Source of the DNA: the human T2T-CHM13v2.0 reference genome, Homo sapiens
Assembly: GCF_009914755.1 (NCBI RefSeq)
Contig: NC_060925.1
Direction: 5' to 3' (one strand)
Length of the DNA stretch: 64,000 bases
Below the pieces are notes generated by a model. That model was not told the origin of the DNA and searched no databases. It worked only from the letters and a program-made list of their open reading frames with translations. This document shows positions 1-17,866 of this stretch, piece after piece (the stretch's first letter is position 1; every line of letters starts with the position of its first letter). The position numbers were made by a program, and so were the translations under genes.

Positions 1-226
1 ACTCCCCAGTAGCTAATTTGTGGTACTCCCTGTGGGTGGCATGCGCCTCCCATAGGTGCACGCCACCATGCCCAGTTATTTTTTTATTTTTTATTTTTTG
101 GTAGAGCTGGGGTTTCACCATGTTGCCCAGGCTGGTCTCAAACTCCTTGTCTCAAGTGATCTGCCCACGTCAGTCTCCAAAACTGCTAGGATTACAGGTG
201 TGAGGCATGAGCCACTGTACCCAGCC
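1..226 (-). mobile_element. Old Alu (AluJ-like), cut by the window edge
   Basis: Antisense Alu left arm ending ...gagccactgtacccagcc. Confidence 0.85.
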
Positions 227-229
227 TGA

Positions 230-546
<317 letters not shown>

Positions 547-859
547 TAGTCATAAACCTTTTAAACCAAAAGGGATGTTAATAGGGTGCTCATTTCACAC
601 ATGCTTTTTTATTATTCATATTTAATATATATTTACAGTTTATTTATTAATGAGTAACATTATATTACATTACATATTGCTCGGATTCAATCACTGAACT
701 GAATTGTCTCAGGAATACACTTCACTCAAGTTTCCCAGGAGCCAAGGAGATTTGTTAAAGCTACTAAAATTTATATCCCTAAACTCACCTTTTCGCTGCA
801 TGATTGAGGCAGCTGGCGGAGATAATCTTACATTCTTAAAAATTACTATCAACAATTCA

Positions 860-1360
860 TTGCCTACAAAATAATCCCCAGATTACTCAGCAAGGCATTC
901 AAGTCCCTCATATATAATTCCAATGCATCCCTGCTTCCTCTCTTGCCACTTCCCCATCCCTGGGCTCTTCACATGAATGCCACATTTCAGCCCACACTGA
1001 AGTACTCATGATTCCCAAACATGTTCTTTCCTATCCCGATGCCTTTGCTTAAGCTCTTTCTACTGCATGGCATGATCTTTACTCAACTTCCCTGTGGTGA
1101 GCTCCTACTTATCCTGCAAGGTGCACAGTTAGATTAAACCTCCTTACCTTTATGAATTCTTCCTGGATTTCCCTGACTGAATCAGAAGCTTTGTTAATAC
1201 CTCTGTTAGAGCATGTGTTATGCTGCTGTTCACGCTGGAAGCTGAGCTCCTTATAGCGACACTTGCAGCATGTTGATCTCTATATTCCCAGCACTTTGTA
1301 AAGTGCCTGACACATAGGAGGCATTCATAAAGCATTTGTCAAATGAATGAATGAATGAAA
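860..1360 (+). mobile_element. L2 3' end fragment
   Basis: Ends ...gcctgacacataggaggcattcataaagcatttgtcaaatgaatgaatgaatgaa, the typical L2 (TGAA)n tail. Confidence 0.65.
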
Positions 1361-1856
1361 CTGAGAGTATGGGTTAATATATCTAGCTAAGCACTAACTC
1401 ATAGGTTTTATTGTTGTGTGTTTGTTTGTTTTAATGTAATAAAATGTTATTCACAAAAGGGTAAGGTCTTCAAGTGGGAGATATGAGTAGACACACCAAA
1501 GAAAGATGCTTGGTTTTCAGGGCCATTTTGAGAAAAAATGAGATATTACTTTGGAACAGAATGAAATAATATGCAGATGTTAAGTAATGGTTCTGTAAAT
1601 TATTTGTCATCTCTCTTCTTAAGTAAATATTTAGTGCTCTCCTCTGAGACTTAGAGAGAGGCTGTGTTAGCTGCTCTATTCAGAGATAAAAGAATGCCTC
1701 CTGGTTGGTCATAGCTAATGTTTGCTGTTCCATTAGATCTCCAAATTACAGAACCCAGAATCTTCAGCCTACTCTGCTCCCAGGTGAACATATGCAGGAA
1801 AGATGCAGCAAGCTGACCATCCACCTCATAATGCATATGCTGTGTTTGGTTTTCAG

Positions 1857-1919
1857 ATGCTCAGTCCCTGGTATGATGAGTTTCTAGATGAAGAGGACTA
1901 CTGGTTTCTCCTTTTTACG
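1857..1919 (+). CDS. RGSL1: RGSL1 internal coding exon A (MLSPWYDEFLDEEDYWFLLFT)
   Basis: Acceptor ggttttcag|ATG and donor ACG|gtagga. 63 nt, phase 0-0, open, and joins exon B in frame. Confidence 0.85.
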
Positions 1920-2083
1920 GTAGGAAGGACTTTGGGTTAGGAAGGAATCATGAGGATGAGGGAAGAAGAAAGAGTAATTACTGTTTTAAAAGGGTTATGT
2001 GTTAAAGTAAATGAAATTGTTATTTTTCCTAGAGTCAACCAAAGATCAGCATGGTCCCTGTTGTTCTAAAGCTAAACCTCTCA

Positions 2084-2479
<396 letters not shown>

Positions 2480-2551
2480 TTATTACAAAATTATTGCTTC
2501 TGGTCTAGTTCCTGTAACAAATGCCATCTTCCCCTCACCCTCTTCTCTTAG

Positions 2552-2774
2552 ACACAGAACAGGTTCATCAGCTCCAGACAGCATAAAAGAGAATTTATAG
2601 GCAAAGAAGAGAACATTCTTCTTTATAAGAGGATTCAGCAGTCTCTAGAGTTAAGCCAGGCTTTGGCTGACATGAAGGAAATGGACTATAGGCAGTGGCG
2701 AAAGATAGCTACTGAGGACCTGAAGCAAGGAGGCTCTCTCCAGGTAGAGCTGACATCTCCAGTGTTTCTAACAG
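2552..2774 (+). CDS. RGSL1: RGSL1 exon B (TQNRFISSRQHKREFIGKEENILLYKRIQQSLELSQALADMKEMDYRQWRKIATEDLKQGGSLQVELTSPVFLT)
   Basis: Pyrimidine tract tcttctcttag| and donor ACAG|gtcaga. 223 nt, phase 0-1, no stops. Confidence 0.88.
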
Positions 2775-2819
2775 GTCAGAGCAGTCACTGTAATTTTTTT
2801 GACCTTTACATATGGGCAA

Positions 2820-3970
2820 CTGGAAAATAATATTTAACATTTACTAATTATTTACTAAGCGTCAGCACTATGCAGTGCAGGGATTACCTAATTTGGTCAT
2901 CAAAACAGCCTAAGAGGTAAGTACTAAGTAACTGAGGCACAGAGAGGATGTGACCTCCCCAGGGTCAGAGTAAGTTGCAGTCAGGATTTGAATCCAGACA
3001 GACTGACTGTAGAGCTCCCTGCTGGATCTGAGGGAGCCAGAGTGCTCAAGTGTAGCTAGACTCTGGCCCACCAAAGCATCACCATAGTTGATGCTGAATA
3101 CTTCATTTCATGCATCTAATAAGCATGTTCCACCTCACCACATTTCCTCCAGAATAGGGTCCAAGCGCATTTCTGTGAACATATTTTACAGTCACCCGCT
3201 TCCCTAACATAACACACCAGCCCACCCAGGCAGTGGAGAGACATCGTTAGGAGCAAAAGGCTTTGCTGTCCCAGAAGTCTGGGGTTACACCCGTGCTCTC
3301 CTATTCACTTGTATGCTTGAGCAATGTATTTAACTTCTCTTTGAGCCCCAGTTTTCTCATCTGTAAAATGGGAATAATAACAAACTTGTGCAGGTGACCT
3401 GAGATCATCTATGAAAGCTATTAGTACAATGTTTGACAATCACTTAAGAGTTCAATACTGTAAATGTTAGTCATTATTATTCAAATTGAGCATAGTGCTT
3501 TAATTATCTATGTTGAGGCAGTTGGAATACTGCATATTTCTCAAACTTTGATCCACAATAAATACGTTTGACTTCATAATTCCTTAAATATATACCTGTG
3601 TATATGTGTGCACATATATATGAAAAAAAATTTCCAAAGCAATACTTGCCCTTATTACATAAGATGCTGTACTCCAGCATTCTTTATTCTATTATGTTTC
3701 ATGTCATATAAAAGCTAACAATGTCACCATTTATTTTTTGGCATACTAGTGAGTCATGACCTACACTTTGAAAAACATGGATAAAGAGTGAGCAAAAGCT
3801 TTGAAAATTCAGTTATACCATTCATATGCACTGTGAGCTTGGGCAAGTTACTCCTTCTCTCTGAACCTAATTTCTTCATCTATTTAGTGGAGATAATGGC
3901 CCCTAATTTGTTCAGGATTAGAGGTAATGTATTTACATAGTAAGCAGGTGCTAAGTAAATGGTACTTGTT
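2820..3970. mobile_element. Cluster of MIR fragments (about 2830-3020, 3245-3480, 3785-3970)
   Basis: MIR core motifs: actgaggcacagagagg; cagttttctcatctgtaaaatgggaataata; ttgggcaagttac. Confidence 0.65.
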
Positions 3971-4487
3971 AGATTACCAAAAGAATGTAACATCCGGCTC
4001 TTTTTTAAAACTTTAATATGCACTCTGTATACAAACCAAGATGCCCTGGATGCCTGTCTGTCAGAGCCATGTTTGGGCATAAGTTATTTAAATCTAGCAT
4101 GAACAGGCCCTCTTTTTTAACCATAGAGATTCCACTCTCTCTCTAAATCCTGAGGATCTTAGATTCTTTCCCAGGAATCAAGACCAAAGTAGATGAAAAG
4201 ATGGCTGGTAAGTTTCACCACACATATGTTGGGCAATAGGCGTTACTTTGGTGGCTATGGGACACAAGGGATAGCCAGTAAGAATGTGAACCACCCTCCA
4301 TGGAAGCTCCTTGTCCCTCTCCAAAGCACATATCATTACTTCCTCTATCACTGCTTTTTTGGAGCACAAGTCTGGCCTAATAAAGGGCCTTCTTTGCATT
4401 TGGCCAAATCAGAGCCTTGAATCTCAGGTAGGTTGGTGTCTCAAGCTGTACCCTAAACTCACAGAGTACCAGAGCTAGAACATTATC

Positions 4488-5177
<690 letters not shown>

Positions 5178-5791
5178 TAGAAACCTGGACCCACTGCAGA
5201 AATAACCCACTGCTCTTAACACTTTTGGTCAAGATTCTCCTTGATTACACATCATGGTGATGATGATGATGATGATGACTCACATTCACAGGTCCACACC
5301 CCAGTACTCTTTATAGACTCAAATAGTATAGCTTCAGAAAGTACTGAACTGCCTAGAGAGTTCCAGGAGAACTCTGTGCATTTAGATATACTCTAAATCC
5401 CAGAACTCACAACCCAAATGAATACTTCTCCTCCGTAGGAAGTAAGGTGCTACTATTCTGCTTCTGTTAACCAGATCATTGTTAAAACATCTCTTGCTAT
5501 CTCAGCCTCATTGTCTCACCACATTTTGGATACAAAAAGGTATTCCCTCTCAATTCATCATGCATAACTTAAGATGATATATGGCTCTTTCTAGAAAAAA
5601 AATCCACTCCAAAGGACAATGATTTGCAACTATTGATAATATTCAGATAGGTAAGTTAATTCTGAAAGTAATTCCCAAAGTCAGAGCTGAGAAAGGGAAA
5701 ACATAGCATAGCATGTTCTTTGCCATTTGTTATTCTTAGGGGCTTCAATTTTTTTTGAAGCAATAGTAGAATGTTTGAAATGCATTTGTAG

Positions 5792-5897
5792 TTGTGGTCT
5801 CATGCCCGCACTTCGGGAGGCCAAGGCGGGAGTATCGCTAGAATCTAGGAGTTCAAGACCAGCCTGGGCAACATGGCAAAAACCCGTCTCTGCAAAA
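5792..5897 (+). mobile_element. Alu monomer (FLAM-like)
   Basis: Single left-arm sequence ...ggagttcaagaccagcctgggcaacatggcaaaaacccgtctctgcaaaa. Confidence 0.7.
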
Positions 5898-6200
5898 GAA
5901 CACATACATTTGCTACTCAATCCCTCAACAGATGGATGCTTTGAAGGAGTCACCATTCATTTGTATGAGTTACTTCTCATATATGAATTAAAAAATAGTA
6001 GCTCTTTCAAGTCATATCTTGGTTACCCTAGCAACCCTCAGGCAAATAATCTCCATGGGTCAGTTTTCCCTAAGAAGGAGAGGATCTTCTCATTCTGGAG
6101 GGAAGAGGAGGCTTATTTCCTTGCCTATAATTTAGCTTAGGGAACTTGTATTATTTCTGTAAACATCCCATTAAAACACTATTGGCCTCTTTAAATAACC

Positions 6201-6499
<299 letters not shown>

Positions 6500-6593
6500 A
6501 TTTTAAAGGCAATACCTTCAACAAAAGTATATGAATCTTTGAACCCAGACTTTGGACAACTAAACTCTATCTCTGTTTTTCCTTACTTCACAG

Positions 6594-6701
6594 ACATAAC
6601 TAAAATGTCCTTTGAGGAGCTTTGCTACAAGAACCCAAAGATGGCCATACAGAAGATCAGTGATGACTACAAAATATACTGTGAGAAAGCACCTAAAATA
6701 G
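6594..6701 (+). CDS. RGSL1: RGSL1 exon C (DITKMSFEELCYKNPKMAIQKISDDYKIYCEKAPKI), ending in a GC donor
   Basis: Acceptor ccttacttcacag| and donor ATAG|gcaagt. 108 nt, phase 1-1, lies in ORF 6539..6754, and its phase fits exons B and D. Confidence 0.85.
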
Positions 6702-6984
6702 GCAAGTGTTTAAAATCAGGGATAGACGAGGCAACTAGGTTTTTTCAAATCTAAGAGAAAATCTGTAATCTTGTGTTCTTTAAGGAACATAAGCCAAAAG
6801 AGGAACCATGCTCTGTTGGAAATGGAGAGGTGGTTAGGGGGTAATGACTATGTCTTTTTTCTCCTACGAAACCACAGAAGAGCATCATGAAAATAAGATG
6901 TAATCATAAATGAATGAAGTGATGATGGTTAAGATTGTTCATTTCTACTTTCTTATCTAGTTATCACTCTGGGGTTTTAATTAA

Positions 6985-7432
6985 TGTGAATTCTTCTTCT
7001 GTCAAGTTACCTGGAGGCTGAGATTTGTGAAGGGATGTTTGTTAAGGAGTGCTCTTGGGAATAATACCTCTAAGAGAGTGAGGAAGGCAGGATTGGGGAG
7101 AGGTAGATGCTGAACTGTGAAGCAATCACAACAGGCCTCAGCAGATGCCATAAGAAACTCTGATGCCAGGGTGGCCCTTCAGAGTTGTCCCTCAGTGAGG
7201 TAAGAAATTTAATTTGGGCTTTAGTTCTTCCACATTGATCCACGGGAGATGTGAATGCCCCTGTGAAGGATATAACCTAGGGTTTATAGCCAGGCAGTTT
7301 CCTTTGGCTGAAGCAACTTCCAGAAGGGGCCTCCTCTCTGGGCCATCAGCAGCCAACACTCAGGCATCTAGGGGAATGAGTGCTTTGGCCCTGAAGGGAG
7401 GTTCTGGGTAGTACCCAGTACCACCCACTACT
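6985..7432 (-). mobile_element. LTR16-like LTR (3' LTR of the ERVL provirus)
   Basis: Minus-strand start agtagtgggtggtactgggtactacccagaacctccc resembles the recalled LTR16A start, and it abuts ERVL internal sequence. Confidence 0.6.
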
Positions 7433-7945
7433 GTCCATTTGCTTTGTATAGAAATTTCACCTCATCTTGGAGTAGCTCCTCCAGGAATCTGATAGTTTCT
7501 TGTCCTGGGAAACGTATTTGAGAAAGGCAGGCTCACATTACTCTACCTTATCTGAAGACCATTGCTAATATTCCTCTTCTTCCTCTCCTGCTCCCCATCC
7601 TAGATTCCTCTCATGCTCAGCTAGCACCTCTGCTGGTCTTGGGGTCTTACTAGACTCTCATCTCTGGGATACCTGAGCCCCCGGTCATCACGACTTCTCA
7701 GGCTGTGGCTGCTTCACTTGTCAACCTATCATACAAATTGGGCCAGGGAATACCAAGAGTGGCAAGTGAATTGTCCAGTATCTGCTATGTAACATGATCT
7801 TAATGATTAGGATCAATTACCCTATCAGTACAGTGACTCCTTTGCTTGCCTGCTGACTTCTTGGCATAAGGAGCTTAATGCGATTGAACAGCTACTATTT
7901 CCTCTAGTAGAAGCATTCTGCCTCCAGGAACTAAGATCTCTAGAC

Positions 7946-8139
7946 TGGCACTGTCCATTACAGGAGCCACTAGCCCCATGTGGCCACTGAGCACTTGAAA
8001 TGTGACTGGTACATGTGGGTAAATAAAACACATTGTTAAAATTAATTTCACCCTTTTCTTTTTAGCTTTTTCAATGTGACTACTAGAAAATTTTAAATTA
8101 TATACGTGGCTCACATTATATTTTTATTGGACAGCACTG
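7946..8139. mobile_element. MER3-like hAT-Charlie MITE nested in the ERVL
   Basis: TIRs tggcactgtcca / tggacagcactg and 8-bp TSD ctctagac / gtctagac (NTCTAGAN target). Confidence 0.8.
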
Positions 8140-9539
8140 GTCTAGACCTACAGAACCTAAAGGTATAAAGATGACAAATTTCCCTAAGTAAGTCTCTGAT
8201 ACTGATGGTAAATGGAACACTTCTTTCATTCATTGGTACCTGGGCCCATTTATTCTACTACTGAAGACACACCTTATAATGGTCTTTGAATTATCCTGGA
8301 AGATGATGCCTCATTTTCCTGAGGTATCGTCATTCTCCCCTAGCATTCTGGTAGCTTCAAGCTGCTTTCACAGCTGTGCCTTCAAAAAGTGGCTCCATCA
8401 CTTCATCAAGCCAGCAGCTCTCAAAGGAAATAGAACTAGTAGATCTCATCTTCGTGGGACCCATTGGCCATTGCCACACCTTCTTTGCTATAAAGTGTAT
8501 CCCTTGGTCAGAGGCAATGTTATGTGAGATCCCATTGAGGGATCAATCACTTATAAGCCCCGAGGTGGTGATGCTGTCTGAGACCTTGCAGCTAAGATAC
8601 ATATCAGTTCCAGTCAAAATGAATTGCTGCTCTTTCCAGAATAGAAGGTGTTCAGTGTAATCAGTTTGTCACTAAGTGGCTGGCTTTTATTAGGGATGTT
8701 ACTATACTGGGTACTGGGGGCTCTGCATTTGTTTCTGTTGCCAGCAACTTGAGTGTTTGGCACTCAAACATGGGGCACATGCTGTTGGTCTGTACATAGC
8801 CTCCATCCCTGCCACCTAGAACTCTGTCCATGAGCTCACTGTGCCAGCACTACAGTGGCTTATGACAGAGACTTGCTGGCATCAACTGGCAGAGTGTCAT
8901 TCTGTCTGCTTGGTTGTTTAGTGCCTCTTTCATGGTAGTTGTTTTTTGGAGGGCTTTAAGATGCAATACAAAGATCTCCACATGTCATGTTTTTTCTCAT
9001 AGATCCATCCACATGTGTATATTCTCAGACCATTTTGTCCCCAGTATTCTAATCTTTCTCCTTCTAAGCCCCTGGCTTACCAGCCAAACCATTCATCACT
9101 GCCCATGAGTATGTATATATTCTTATCCTGGGCTACTTCTCTTTCCACACAAACGAATGCACAGGTTCGCCGCCAAAGTTCTGCTTATGGCGTTGCAGGG
9201 GATTTTTCTCTCCCCATCATCTTTCAGGATCACCACTGATAGAGGGCTTCAGCTGTTTATTTTCACCAAGATATTGAGATGGTCCATTCATGAAACAGGT
9301 TCAGCTTTTTTCCTCTTCTGTCAGCTGGTCATCAATGTGACCAGCCATAGATGTGATGACAGTGAAGTGGCAGTGCCACAGTGGTAATGACATGGGTGTC
9401 TGGGTCACCTGCTTAGGTAGTTTCTTGTACCTTCTGACCTGCCTCATGCCTGATTCCACATGTACCATTTACATTTTATGATGAATTACTGTTGAGCCAC
9501 CTATGACTGGGTGATCTTGAGTAACCCAGTTTATGACAG

Positions 9540-9957
9540 TATAGTAATCTATTATCACACTGCTATAAAGAAATACCTGAGGTTGGGTAATTTATAAAGA
9601 AAAGATATTTAATTTGGCTCATGGTTCCACAGGCTATACAGGAAGCATAATGCTGGCATCTGCTTGGCTTCTGGGGAGGCCTCAGAAAATTTACAGTCAT
9701 GACAGAAGGTGAAGGGGGAGCCAGAACTTCTCGTGGTTGGAGCCAAAGGAAGAAACGGGGAGGTGCTACACACTTAACCAATAAGATATCATGAGAACTC
9801 ACTCATGATGGTGAGGACAGTACCAAGGGGATGGTGATAATCCATTCATAAGAAACCACCCCATGAGCTAATAACCTCCCACCAGGCCCCACCTCCAACA
9901 TTGGAGATTACATTTCAGCATGAGATTTGGGCAGAGACACAGATCCAAACCATATCG
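9540..9957 (-). mobile_element. MST (MSTA-like) solo LTR nested in the ERVL
   Basis: gctataaagaaatacctgag...gagatttgggcagagacacagatccaaaccatatc, a MaLR LTR. Confidence 0.85.
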
Positions 9958-10787
9958 GATGGGTAGGTCTGTCTGTATGCTCACTTGATATCACATGGAC
10001 AGGCTCTCTTACTTTACCATAGCTCAATAGCACATTGAAGTATTTTGTGAACAGTGTAGTTTTTTGCTGCAGATAACATGGCCTTACTCCAGAAATTTAC
10101 GGATCTATTTCAAGATTATCCTTTTCAGGTCTGTCATAAACTCCATTGTCTTTTCCCACTACTGATACTCCTAAAACCATGAGATCTGTTGTGTTGTATG
10201 GCCTAAGTGTTAGGGCTATTTATACCAGAGCCTTAACTTGCAGCAAAAATACTTTCCCACTCTGGGTCCCCCTAACATCTGGCAGCCTTATATTTCAGAA
10301 AAGTATTTTCAAGTGTGAAATAATGCTGTTTCTAAAACATAAAGAAGTCTACCAGATTTTATGCTTCCTTCTTAGTAGTGAAAGATGCAAGATGCAATCT
10401 ATGTCCTTTATTTTGGAGAGGATGTCCAAATATGCACCAGATCACACTGGATTCTAGAACCTTTACTGATATAGTGGACCCTTCAGTCTTGGTAGGATTT
10501 ATTCACCTCTGGAGCATATGTGTCTTACTAAGGCCCCCAAAATGCTTAGCCTTTATTGTTTATCTTGCCCAATGTATATGATACATGTGATACAATGTAT
10601 ATGATACTATTGATAATGTGGACTAATGTAATATTCTGCAGAGTAGATGATTTGGGGCCCATTGAATTACATTATGTCAGAGGATAGAAAAGTTAATATA
10701 ATAATGGCAAGACAGTAAATATATATGCTGTCCATCCTACATCAATGTGAACTGCTTCTTGTCCTTCTTTATGATAGGAATGAAAAA

Positions 10788-10990
10788 GAGATAGATAGAA
10801 AGATAGATAGATAGATAGATAATAGACTGTGTGTATGTGTGTGTGTGTGCATGTGTGTGTGTGTCTGTGTATCTTTTTCAGGAGATATATATATTATATA
10901 TATATATTTTTATATCTCCTGATATAAAAATATATATATATCTGTCAGGAGATATATATTTTTTTCAGGAGACAGATATATTATATATCT
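10788..10990. repeat. Compound microsatellite (GATA)n-(GT)n-(TA)n with palindromes
   Basis: Directly visible; contains a 21-bp perfect stem at 10896-10941. Confidence 0.9.
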
Positions 10991-11464
10991 GAAAATAAAA
11001 ATTGCTATTTTCTCTTGAAAATAACAACTAACTTATAGAAAAAAAAGTACAGGAAAAAAATCCTTTATTGAACCACTTGACAGTAGCTGTCAACCTAATG
11101 CCCCACCATCCTCAAATAATTCAGTGTATACTTTCAACAAACAAGGACATTCTCCCACAAAGCCACAATACAATGATCAGAATCAGGAAATTAACACTGA
11201 TACATTACTACCACTTAATTTTCAGACCAAATTCAATATTTATTGAATGTCATCTTACTCAGATTTTCTTTGACTTTTATATCCTTGACACTTTTGAAGA
11301 TTCCAAGTCTATTTTTACAGAGGTCCCTTCATTTTTGTTTGATGTTTTCTCATGATTAGGTTCAGGTTATGCATTCAGGTTATTCAGAAATATCATTGCA
11401 GTTCTTTTCACTGCAGCAAGTGGTGCACGATTTTGCTTTGTTCCATTACTGATGATGTTCCCAC

Positions 11465-11572
11465 CCCTCTTTTTGTAGAAATGGGGTCTCACTATGTTCT
11501 CCAGGCTGTTTTTGAACTCCTGGCCTCAAGAGATCTTGCCTTGACCTCCCAGAGCACTGAGATTATAGGCAT
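11465..11572 (-). mobile_element. Alu monomer (FLAM-like)
   Basis: tttttgtagaaatggggtctcactatgttctccaggctg... Confidence 0.7.
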
Positions 11573-12087
11573 CGATCTTCCCTTTGATCATTTGGTTAAT
11601 GTGGTACCTGCCAGGATTCTTTGTTATAAATTTATTATTTTTCCTTTCATGATTAATAAGTATTGTGGGGGGTGTACTTTAAAATTATGTAAATATCTCA
11701 TTCTTACACTCTTAATTCATTAATTTATATGAACTCTTTTTTTTATTCAATGGGTTATAATTCATTACTGTGATTATTTTGGTGCTCAAATATTCCCCAG
11801 TTTGGTAAGTGGCACCCATTTCAAGCTGGCTTATGTCTCGTTTTGGAATGTCTCTTGAGCATGCTCTTGCTTTTTTGTATATGCCTCCCAGGTGCGTATA
11901 TGCCTCCCAGGTGCATCTTCTACTTTCCCTGTCTAGCTCTAGAATCAGTCGTTTATTTGAAGAGCCTCATTCCTTTTCTTAGAGAATGATGCTTAAAAGC
12001 CAAAATCAAGAAACTAGATTAACTCATTGCTATTGGAGTGTCACTGCAATCAGATCTTATTAGTGGTTCGAGCTAAAGAATGTGTGT

Positions 12088-13490
<1,403 letters not shown>

Positions 13491-14827
13491 TTAGATACTA
13501 GATTTTTACCAGATACATGATTTGCAAATATTTACTTCCATTCTGTGGGCTGTATTTTCACTATGTTGATAATGTTCTTTGATGCACAAAAGTTTTCAAT
13601 TTTGGTGAAGTCCAATTTGTGTTTTCTTTCATTTTTTGCTCGTGCTTTTAGTGTCATATTTAAAAATGTTTGCCAAATCCGTGGTCTTGAAGGTTTACCT
13701 CTTTGTTTTATCCAAGAGCTTTAAGGTATTAGCATCTACACTTAAGTTTGTTATTCATTTTGAGTTAATTTTTTTGTGTGGTGTGAGGAAAGAGTTTAAC
13801 TTCATTCTTTTGTGGTTGAATAGCCAACTGATCCAGCACCATTTGTTGAAGAGACTCTTCTTTCCCCCCATTGAACGGTGTAGACATGCTAGTCAAAAAT
13901 AAATTGACTGTACATGTATGTTTTTATTTTTGGAATCAAAATTCAATTCCATTGATCTCTAAGTTTATTTTTATACTAGTGCCACTATTTTGATAACTGT
14001 GTTTTATAGTAAGTTTTAAAATCAGGAGATGTGAGTCCTTCAATTTTATTTTTTCAAGGTCGTTTTTGCTATTTGGGATAGCTTGCAATTCTATGTGAGT
14101 TTTTGGACCAACTTTTCCATTTTTTCAAAAAATAATCATCGGGGTTTGAATTGAGATTGTACTGAATCTATAGATCATTTTGGGTAGCATCGCCATATTC
14201 AATCTTCCAATTTATGAACACAGGATATATTTTTCTTTAAGTCTTCTTTAATTTCTCTCAGCAATACTTTGTAATTTTTAGTTTACAAGTTTTACATTTT
14301 CATGATTACATTTATAAGTATTTAATTCTTTCTGATGCTATTGTAAGTGGAACTATTTTTATTTCATTTCAGATTGTTCATTGTGAGTATATAGAAATAC
14401 AACTGATTATTGCATATTGAATTTGTATCCTAAAACTTTGCTGAATTTGTTTACTAGGTTTAATAGTATTTTGTGGATTCTTTAGAATTTTCTGTACATT
14501 AGATTGTGTCACGTGTCACCTCTGAATAAAATAGCTTTGCTTGTTCCTTCCCAATGTGGACATTTTTCTTTTCTTTTCTTGCATAAGTGTTCTGGCTAGA
14601 ACTTCCAGTACAATGCTAAATAAAAACAGTGAAAGAAGGCATGCTTGTCTTCTTCCTGAGCTGAGGGGCAAAGCTTTCAGTCTTTCACCATTGACTATAA
14701 TGTTTCCTGTGACTTTGCCTTTTATCATGTTGAGGATGTTCTCTTCTATTTCTAGTTTGTTGGATAATTTTTATGATGAAAGAATGTTGGATTTTGTCAA
14801 ATCCTTTTTCTCTGTCAATTGAGATGA

Positions 14828-15204
<377 letters not shown>

Positions 15205-15884
15205 TTGATGTGTAACCTCCTTAATATTCTACTGGATTTGATATGTTCACGTTGTATTGAGGATTTTTGCATCTATATCCATAAGGAATGTTGGTCCATA
15301 GCTTTCGTGGGTTGTCTTTGTCTGATTTATTATTAGGATCATGCTGACCTCAGAATGAGTTAGGAAGCATCTCCTCCTCTTCAATATTTTGGCCGAGTTT
15401 AAGAAGAATTGATGTTAATTCTTGAAATGTTATGTAGAATTTACCAGTGAAGTCATCAGGTCCTGAGCTTTTCTTTGTTGGGTGGTTCTTGATTATTGGT
15501 TCAATCTCCCATTCAAACTGTTATTTTTTCTTGAGTCAGTTTTAGAAGTTTGTGCATTTTTTGAACTTTGTTTATCTAGATTACCTAATTTGTTGCCATA
15601 AAATTGTTTATAGTAGTTCTCTTGTAATCCTTTTTATTTCTGTAAGTTTGGTAGTAATGTCTTCACTTTTATTTCTGATGTTAATAATTTAATTCTTTTC
15701 CCTTTTTTTCTCGATAAGTCTAGCTAAATGTTTGCCAATTTTGTTATCTTTTCAAAAGAAAAAGCTGTTGTTTTTGTTGACGGTCTCTATTGCTCTCAGA
15801 AAGTAGATGCTTCTACTCCCTATTTTGTCTGTTTCCACTCTAGTCTTTATTATTCCTTTCTTCTACTGGTTTTAGATTTAGCTT

Positions 15885-16185
<301 letters not shown>

Positions 16186-16250
16186 TTAGCATGCTCTTCT
16201 TTATCTAGTTCCGAATCTGGAAGGCTAGATTATTTACTTGGTATCCTCTT

Positions 16251-16482
16251 TTTTAATATCTGCATTTATAAGTTTCTTTTTGAGCAGTGTTTTCACTGCA
16301 TCCCATAGGTTTTGGCATGTGATGTTTTTATTTTCCTTTAGCTGAAAATTAATGTTTTGAGCTAAAGGAAATTAATGTTTTAATATACGCATTTGTAGGT
16401 TTCTTTTTGAGCAGTGTTTTCACTGCATCCCATAGGTTTTGGCATGTAATGTTTTTATTTTCCTTTAGCTCAAAATTAATGT
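16251..16482. repeat. 105-bp direct duplication with an inverted spacer
   Basis: Copies at 16251-16355 and 16378-16482. Confidence 0.9.
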
Positions 16483-16494
16483 ACTTTTCAAGGT

Positions 16495-17866
<1,372 letters not shown>

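Larger units (their letters stand above)
7433..10790 (-). mobile_element. Decayed class III ERV (ERVL, ERV3-16A3-like) pol region
   Basis: Minus-strand translation gives integrase-like GISHNIASDQGIHFIAKKVWQW and AAGLMK*WSHFLKAQL (about 8370-8535), and RT-like FFIPIIKKDKKQFTLM*DGQ..FTVLP and ITLVHIINSI (about 10600-10790). Confidence 0.8.

Noticed and set aside
2741-2750. Internal donor-like CAG|GTAGAG in exon B
   Set aside because: It would give phase 0, incompatible with phase-1 exon C. The donor at 2774 keeps the frame.
6702-6754. GT donors downstream of exon C, or read-through to the stop at 6754
   Set aside because: Nearby GTs (aa|gtgttt, ag|gttttt) match the consensus poorly, while AG|GCAAGT matches at every other position and keeps the frame through eight more exons.
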